From contig JBCCHT010000078.1 of the NCBI GenBank assembly GCA_039028615.1, positions 1-22,731 on the forward strand: a DNA stretch of 22,731 nucleotides. Reading direction: 5' to 3'. Shown here in pieces: positions 17,228 to 22,731 of this stretch. Below the pieces are notes generated by a model that had not been told where the DNA came from, did no database searches, and worked only from the letters and a program-made list of their open reading frames with translations. Numbering within the stretch: the first letter of the stretch is position 1; the number at the start of each line of letters is the position of its first letter. The DNA comes from Myxococcota bacterium. GTDB lineage: Bacteria; Myxococcota_A; Polyangia; Nannocystales; Nannocystaceae. The position numbers and the translations under genes were made by a program.

Positions 17228-20200
17228 ATGGGTGACCCCACGGATTCAGTCCTGATCCTCGAGTTCGCGCGGAGCCACGCGCCGCAGGATCCCCACGCTT
17301 TTCGTTTCGAGCCGCAGACCTACACGCTGCGGACCGAACGAGGCGGGCGGGCGCTGTTCGAGGTGGACTGGAGCGCGGCGCTTCTCGCCGATATCGAGGC
17401 CCTGCGCCAGCCCGATCGCGATCCCGAGGTGGTCCAGCGGCTGGGCGAGACGATGGCTCGCTTCCTGGAGAGAGCGTCGTGGGCGACGCGGGCCCAGGCC
17501 ATCGCCGAGGCCCACGACGCGGGGCAGCGGGTGGTCATCACCATTCGCTCCAGCGCGGCGGAGCTGCACGCGCTGCCGTGGGAGCTGGTGACGCTGCCCG
17601 GGCGGGGGCAGCACCTGGGCAGCCTGCCGCGGGTCTTGCTTCGCTACGAACGACCGGAGACGGTGACGGCGACCGAGTCGCCGTCGCCTCGCCCCGAGGG
17701 CGGCCGGGTGCTGCTGGCGTGGTCGGCCGCGGCCGGTGCCGTGCCCGCCGCGGCGCACGAATCCGCGCTTCGAAAAGCATGTGAAGAGGGTCACCTCGAT
17801 GGCGCGGACGCGGTCGAGGTGTTGTCGCACGCGAGCGTGCGCAGCATCGCAGACGCGCTGACCCGGGCCGAGCGCAACGATCGACCCATCGCCGTGCTGC
17901 ACCTGCTGTGTCACGGCGGCAAGGCAGGGCAATCGGCGGGGCTAGTGCTCGACGGCAAGTCGCGGCCAGTGGTGGTCGCGGCGGATACCTGGCGCACGAT
18001 GCTGGCTCCGCACGCGGCCAGCCTGCGCCTGGTCGTGCTGGCGGCGTGCGACGGCGGCAACATGGGCGAGCCGGGCAGCCACCTGGGCAGCGTCGCTCAG
18101 GCCCTGCACGCGGCGGGGATCCAGTCGGTGGTCGCGTCGCGCTACTCGCTTTCGGCCAGCGGCTCGACCACGCTCACCGAGTCGCTCTACGAGGCGCTGC
18201 TGGTGCGCCGCGAGTCGCTCCAAGACGCGCTGCTCGACGCGCGGGCGCAGCTCGCTCTCGATCCGGTGCACCTGGATTGGCCCGCCGTGCAGTACAGCGC
18301 CCGGGCCGAAGACGGCGACGACACTCGACCCTTCGTGGTGCGCCCGTATCGAGGCTTGTTGGCGTTCGAGACCCGCCAGGCCGAGTTCTTCCACGGTCGC
18401 GCCGACGAACGCCAGGCGGTCACGAGCTGCCTGAAGGGTCTGGTCGACGGGGGCAAGCCGCGGTTGGTGGTGGTCGCGGGTGCCTCGGGGACGGGCAAGT
18501 CGTCGTTGGTGCGAGCGGGGGCGGTGCCGGACATCGTGGCCGGCCGAGGCGGGCCCTGGGAGCACGCGATCATTCGCCCGGGCAGCGACCCGGTGGGCGC
18601 GCTCGAGGGGGCGCTGGCGGACCGCAACGACGAGTCGCACTCGCTGCTGCTGGTGATCGATCAGTTCGAGGAGATCTTCACCCACACCCGCGATCCGGAG
18701 CTTCGACAGCGCTTCGCCCGGAGCCTGTGGGCGCTGGCCAACGGCGACACCAAGGTCTGCTGCATCCTGTCGCTGCGCGTCGATTTTCTGGGTCGCTGCG
18801 GCGAGCTGCGGCTCGACGAGCGCGGCACTCGGCTCGACCAAGTGGCGTACGACGATGCCCATCGGGTGTTCGTGGCTCAGATGTCTCCGCCCCAGCTGCG
18901 CGAGGCGATCGTTCGTCCCGCGGAGGCGGTGGGCATCGTCTTGGCCGAAGGGCTCGCCGAGCGTATCGTGACCGAGGTCGCGAGCGAGCCGGGGGCGCTG
19001 CCCCTGATGCAGTACACCCTCGATCAGCTGTGGCAGATCCGAAACGGGCAGACGCTGACGCAAGAGGCGTACGACGACCTCGGCGGTGTGGTCGGGGCGA
19101 TCGAGCGACGCGCCGATGCCCTGCTCGACGAGTTCACCGAGCAGGAGTTGCACTGGGCCCGGCAGATGCTGACGCAGCTGGTGGGCCTGGGCGACGACGA
19201 CACGGGGGACACCCGTCGGCGCGTGCCGGTCGAGCAGCTGTGGGCAGGGATCGACGGCGAGCGGCGGGGCATCGAAGCGGTGCTGCATCGCTTCGTCGAC
19301 GAGCGCCTCGTGGTGCGCGACGACCGAAGCGCGGGCGGAGCCACCGTCGAGATCGCCCACGAGGCGCTGGTGCGTCGCTGGGAGCGGCTCCGCGATTGGT
19401 TGGGTGACGAGCGGGAGCGTCGAATCGGGCGCTACATCGTGCTCGAGGCGACCTACGAGCGCGGCCGGGAGCAACACTTCACCGCGTACGATCCGACCCT
19501 CGATCGTCGGGTCAAGCTCCGGCAGCTCCGGGTCGGTCGGCGAGGCACGGAAGAGCGCCGCCGCATTCAAGAGCAGGCCCGCGCCCTGGCCCGGCTGTCG
19601 CATCCCCACGCTGAAGCCATCTACGACGTCGGCGTGAGCAAGGGCCACGTGTATCTCGCCACCGAGCTGGTGGAGGGGCGCCCCCTCGGAGCGTGGCTCG
19701 AGCAGGACGAGCCCTCGCAGGCCGAGATCGTCGAGCGCTTCATCGAGGCGGGTCGAGCTCTGGCCGCAGCCCACGAGATCGGGGTGATCCACCGCGGCTT
19801 CAACCCCGATTCCATTCGCATCGAAGACGGCGGCGGGGCCAAGGTGGTGGGCTTTGCCCTCGATCGCAGAGTCGAGGTGCGCGACACGGGGCGCAGCGAA
19901 GACACCATGCTGGCCCGCGTTCGGGCGCGCGGCTCGGGGCCCTCGCCCGCGGCCCGCTCCATCTCGCCCAGCGTGGCCACCGTAGAGCCCAGCTTGGGTT
20001 CGGTGAGCAAGTCGAGCGTGCTCAACGACGGGGTGTACCTGCCGCCCGAGCAGCTGCGGGGCCTGCCCTTGGTCCCCGCGAGCGACCAGTTCGCGTTCTG
20101 TCTGTCGCTGTACGAGGCGATCCACGGCGAGCGCCCGTTTTCGGGGCCGAGCCTGGTCTTCAACAAGCTCGACAGCACCACCAGCCGGGCGGTGACCTCC

Positions 20201-21604
20201 TCGGGCTCGACCATCGCCCCGTTGCTGCGCAAGGTGCTGTCGCGGGGCTTGGCCGGCGATCCCAAGCAACGCTGGCCATCGATGGACGCGCTGTGTGAGG
20301 AACTCGTTTCGTCGCAGGCCCAGCCCTCCGCCGGGGCGGTGGCGCGCTCGTTCGTCTTGCCCGTGGCGCTGGGGGTGTTGGCGCTCGTCGGTGGGCTGAC
20401 CTGGTGGGGCCTGTCGGGCGACGAACCGCCGTCGTCGACCTGCTCGGATGCCGACGTCTCGCTCGAAGAGGTCTGGGACATCACGCGGCGCGGGGACACG
20501 CGGGCGGCGCTGCTGAGCGTGGGCCGAGCCTCGGCGATCTCCGCCTGGAAGCGAGCCGAGCCCCGGCTCGAGGGCTACGCCTCCGTGTGGATCGAGCGGA
20601 GATCTGCGGCCTGCGAGAGCACCGAAGAGCACGCGTCGCTGGTCGCGGCTTGCCTCGACGAGCGGCGGATGGACCTGCGCGAGGCGGTGAACGTGCTGCT
20701 GCGCGCGGACGCTCAGACCATCGATCACGTGGATGCCTTGGTGCAGGGGCTGCCGCGGCTGGAGCGTTGCGACGATCTCGAGATCGTCCAGGCGGAGGCG
20801 CTGCCCACCGACCCGGAGGCCAAGGCCGAGGTCCTGGAGCTGCGCGAGCGGTTGGCCGTCGTGCGGGCGAAGTTCCTCGGCGGCGACGAAACGCAGGCGG
20901 AGGCGCTGGCCAGCGAGGTCGTGGAGCAGGCGGGCGACTCGAGCCGCGAGTACGGCGAGGGGCTGCGGCTGCGCGGACAGGTGCGAGCACAGGCGGGCAA
21001 GATCGAGGCGGCGCTCGGTGATCTCGAAGCCGCGGTGGGCCAGGCCCTGGCCGGGGGCCACACCGCCGTCGCCGCTCGGGCTGCGATCGCGCTGGCGAGG
21101 GTCATCGGCCGTGACGACGCGCGGGTCGAAGCGGCACAGGTCTGGGCGACGCTGGCGATCTCACTGGCGGAGCCCGCGACGGTCGATGCCGAGGTCCGGA
21201 CCGAGGCGCTCGCGGCCATGGGCTGGGTCCAGCAGCGGCGGGGGGACGCGGCCGACGCCAAGCAGTGGTACGAGCGTGCGCTCACGGCCCAGGTCGAGCT
21301 CCGCGGGCCCGAGCACCGGAGCGTGGTGCTGCTTCACGAGGCGCTGGCCGAGGTGGCGCTTTCGCAGGGCAAGACGGCCGAAGCGCGGGAAAACGCCGAG
21401 CAGGCGGTGAAGCTGGCCGAGCAGGGTAGCGCGGGGGAGCTGGGCCTGGCCGCGGCGCGCTTCCTGCTGGCTCGGTCGCTGCCGGAGGTCTCGGCCACCC
21501 GCGCTCGCGAGCTGGCCGAAGAGGCGCTCGACTTCTACTCCGCCCACGGCGGCCACGAAGCGCGGGTCAAGGCGATCGAGCAATGGCTCCAGTCGCGGTC
21601 GTGA
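17228..21604 (+). CDS. CHAT (caspase-like) protease - nSTAND1-type NTPase - Ser/Thr pseudokinase - TM - extracytoplasmic helical/TPR protein (1458 aa)
   Basis: ATG 17228 after GGGGAG. LPWE, LHLLCHG, LAACDG; PYRGL, GASGTGKSS, LLLVIDQFEE, GALPL, EIAHEAL..W; IGRY, LARLSHP, HRGFNP, PPEQ, SDQFAF; TM FVLPVALGVLALVGGLTWWGL; C-terminal TPR-like helices. Confidence 0.92.
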   Translation: MGDPTDSVLILEFARSHAPQDPHAFRFEPQTYTLRTERGGRALFEVDWSAALLADIEALRQPDRDPEVVQRLGETMARFLERASWATRAQAIAEAHDAGQRVVITIRSSAAELHALPWELVTLPGRGQHLGSLPRVLLRYERPETVTATESPSPRPEGGRVLLAWSAAAGAVPAAAHESALRKACEEGHLDGADAVEVLSHASVRSIADALTRAERNDRPIAVLHLLCHGGKAGQSAGLVLDGKSRPVVVAADTWRTMLAPHAASLRLVVLAACDGGNMGEPGSHLGSVAQALHAAGIQSVVASRYSLSASGSTTLTESLYEALLVRRESLQDALLDARAQLALDPVHLDWPAVQYSARAEDGDDTRPFVVRPYRGLLAFETRQAEFFHGRADERQAVTSCLKGLVDGGKPRLVVVAGASGTGKSSLVRAGAVPDIVAGRGGPWEHAIIRPGSDPVGALEGALADRNDESHSLLLVIDQFEEIFTHTRDPELRQRFARSLWALANGDTKVCCILSLRVDFLGRCGELRLDERGTRLDQVAYDDAHRVFVAQMSPPQLREAIVRPAEAVGIVLAEGLAERIVTEVASEPGALPLMQYTLDQLWQIRNGQTLTQEAYDDLGGVVGAIERRADALLDEFTEQELHWARQMLTQLVGLGDDDTGDTRRRVPVEQLWAGIDGERRGIEAVLHRFVDERLVVRDDRSAGGATVEIAHEALVRRWERLRDWLGDERERRIGRYIVLEATYERGREQHFTAYDPTLDRRVKLRQLRVGRRGTEERRRIQEQARALARLSHPHAEAIYDVGVSKGHVYLATELVEGRPLGAWLEQDEPSQAEIVERFIEAGRALAAAHEIGVIHRGFNPDSIRIEDGGGAKVVGFALDRRVEVRDTGRSEDTMLARVRARGSGPSPAARSISPSVATVEPSLGSVSKSSVLNDGVYLPPEQLRGLPLVPASDQFAFCLSLYEAIHGERPFSGPSLVFNKLDSTTSRAVTSSGSTIAPLLRKVLSRGLAGDPKQRWPSMDALCEELVSSQAQPSAGAVARSFVLPVALGVLALVGGLTWWGLSGDEPPSSTCSDADVSLEEVWDITRRGDTRAALLSVGRASAISAWKRAEPRLEGYASVWIERRSAACESTEEHASLVAACLDERRMDLREAVNVLLRADAQTIDHVDALVQGLPRLERCDDLEIVQAEALPTDPEAKAEVLELRERLAVVRAKFLGGDETQAEALASEVVEQAGDSSREYGEGLRLRGQVRAQAGKIEAALGDLEAAVGQALAGGHTAVAARAAIALARVIGRDDARVEAAQVWATLAISLAEPATVDAEVRTEALAAMGWVQQRRGDAADAKQWYERALTAQVELRGPEHRSVVLLHEALAEVALSQGKTAEARENAEQAVKLAEQGSAGELGLAAARFLLARSLPEVSATRARELAEEALDFYSAHGGHEARVKAIEQWLQSRS

Positions 21605-21732
21605 TCGACCCGACCCGCTGTGATGCATGCGCGTACATGCACCCCGATGCGCGCCCGTAACCGGGCCCAGCTCACAATTAATTCGAGTTCCGGGCTGCGA
21701 CGACGGGTCGATCGGCCCGTCTCTCGTTAGCG

Positions 21733-22731
21733 ATGACTCGGATTCGCGTACGAACTCTCGGTCCCTCGTGTCTCGCCCTGTCGCTCATCGTCGGCTGCGG
21801 CGACGACGGGGCCGGTGCCAACGACGATACCGGGGCGACCGACGGCTCGGCCGCGACCATGGGCGACGACGGCAGCGGCGACGAAACGGCGGCCGACGGC
21901 ACCGGGGGCGAGACCCAAGACGGCAGCGACGACGGGCCTTCGCCCAACTGCGGCAACGGGGTCATCGATGACGACGAGACCTGCGACGGCGACGACCTGG
22001 GCGGCGCGACCTGTGCCGACTTCGGCGGGGAGACGGGCGAGCTTTCGTGCAACGCCTGCCAGATCGACTCCAGCGCGTGCGGCCTGCTGCCCGCGACCCA
22101 GTTCGGCGACGGGGCCCCGTGGTCTCTGCCCGACGGCGGCGACAGCTTCGACGGCTTCTACAACCTCAGCGGCTCGGAGTGGGACGACGGCGATCAGTCG
22201 TGGTCGACGGTCGACCTGACGGGGGATGGCCTGCCCGACCTGGTGATCACCAACGAAGGGGGCGACCCGATCACGAGCGGAGGCGACCAGTACTGGTGGG
22301 TGTACCCGAACACGGGCGATGGCTTCGGCGAAGTCACGACCTGGGCGTTGCCCAACGGCGGGGATGCGTTCGACGGGTTCTATGCGCTGGGGGGCTCGGA
22401 GTGGGACGACGGCGACCAGTCGTGGTCGACGGTCGACCTGACGGGGGACGGCCGGCCCGACCTGGTGGTCACCAACGAGGGCGGTGACCCGATCACGAGC
22501 GGGGGCGACCAGTACTGGTGGGTGTACCCGAACACGGGCGACGGCTTCGGTGAAGCGACGACGTGGGCATTGCCCAACGGCGGTGACGCGTTCGACGGGT
22601 TCTATGCGCTGGGGGGCTCGGAGTGGGACGACGGCGATCAGTCCTGGTCGACGGTCGACCTGACGGGGGACGGCCTGCCCGACCTGGTGATCACGAACGA
22701 AGGGGGCGACCCGATCACGAGCGGAGGCGAC
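21733..22731 (+). CDS. Surface lipoprotein with acidic linker, myxobacterial Cys-rich repeat and FG-GAP/VCBS-like repeats (3' end beyond window)
   Basis: Translated by hand; absent from the ORF track because it has no stop in the window. MTRIRVRTLGPSCLALSLIVGC (lipobox), CGNGVIDDDETCDG, repeated VDLTGDGxPDLV...WVYPNTGDGF. Confidence 0.9.
   Translation, partial: MTRIRVRTLGPSCLALSLIVGCGDDGAGANDDTGATDGSAATMGDDGSGDETAADGTGGETQDGSDDGPSPNCGNGVIDDDETCDGDDLGGATCADFGGETGELSCNACQIDSSACGLLPATQFGDGAPWSLPDGGDSFDGFYNLSGSEWDDGDQSWSTVDLTGDGLPDLVITNEGGDPITSGGDQYWWVYPNTGDGFGEVTTWALPNGGDAFDGFYALGGSEWDDGDQSWSTVDLTGDGRPDLVVTNEGGDPITSGGDQYWWVYPNTGDGFGEATTWALPNGGDAFDGFYALGGSEWDDGDQSWSTVDLTGDGLPDLVITNEGGDPITSGGD
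22102..22731 (+). repeat. Coding tandem repeat with a 222-bp (74-aa) period, nearly three copies visible
   Basis: GGCTCGGAGTGGGACGACGGCGA recurs at 22171, 22393 and 22615. Confidence 0.95.

Noticed and set aside
21624..21641. TGCATG-N6-CATGCA inverted repeat as an operator upstream of the lipoprotein
   Set aside because: A single 6-bp dyad with no second copy or cognate regulator in the window.

Overview
GC-rich bacterial DNA. Gene content (Cys-rich lipoproteins, TPR receptor-kinase modules, DUF2169 cassette) suggests a myxobacterium, probably Nannocystaceae-like (inference). In order: a non-coding element of two ~300-bp inverted arms with a 46-48-bp tandem array (1-1166); a secreted hypothetical gene; a ~930-bp intergenic region; a TPR protein; a minus-strand block of a secreted protein, a Cys-rich Pal lipoprotein and cpoB; a lipoprotein and murA; an antisense five-gene T6SS-type cassette (DUF2169, ketosynthase-like adaptor, PAAR-like/VRR-NUC toxin, DUF3396 immunity, duplicated-domain protein) lying between murA and short-form hisG; a hypothetical gene coupled to hisG; small repeats; a STAS-like gene; a 1458-aa CHAT protease-STAND NTPase-pseudokinase-TM-TPR fusion; and a lipoprotein with 74-aa FG-GAP-like repeats running off the window end. 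The best candidate for an undescribed system is the membrane-spanning NLR-like caspase/pseudokinase receptor. All family assignments come from recognising motifs by eye, with no database searches.
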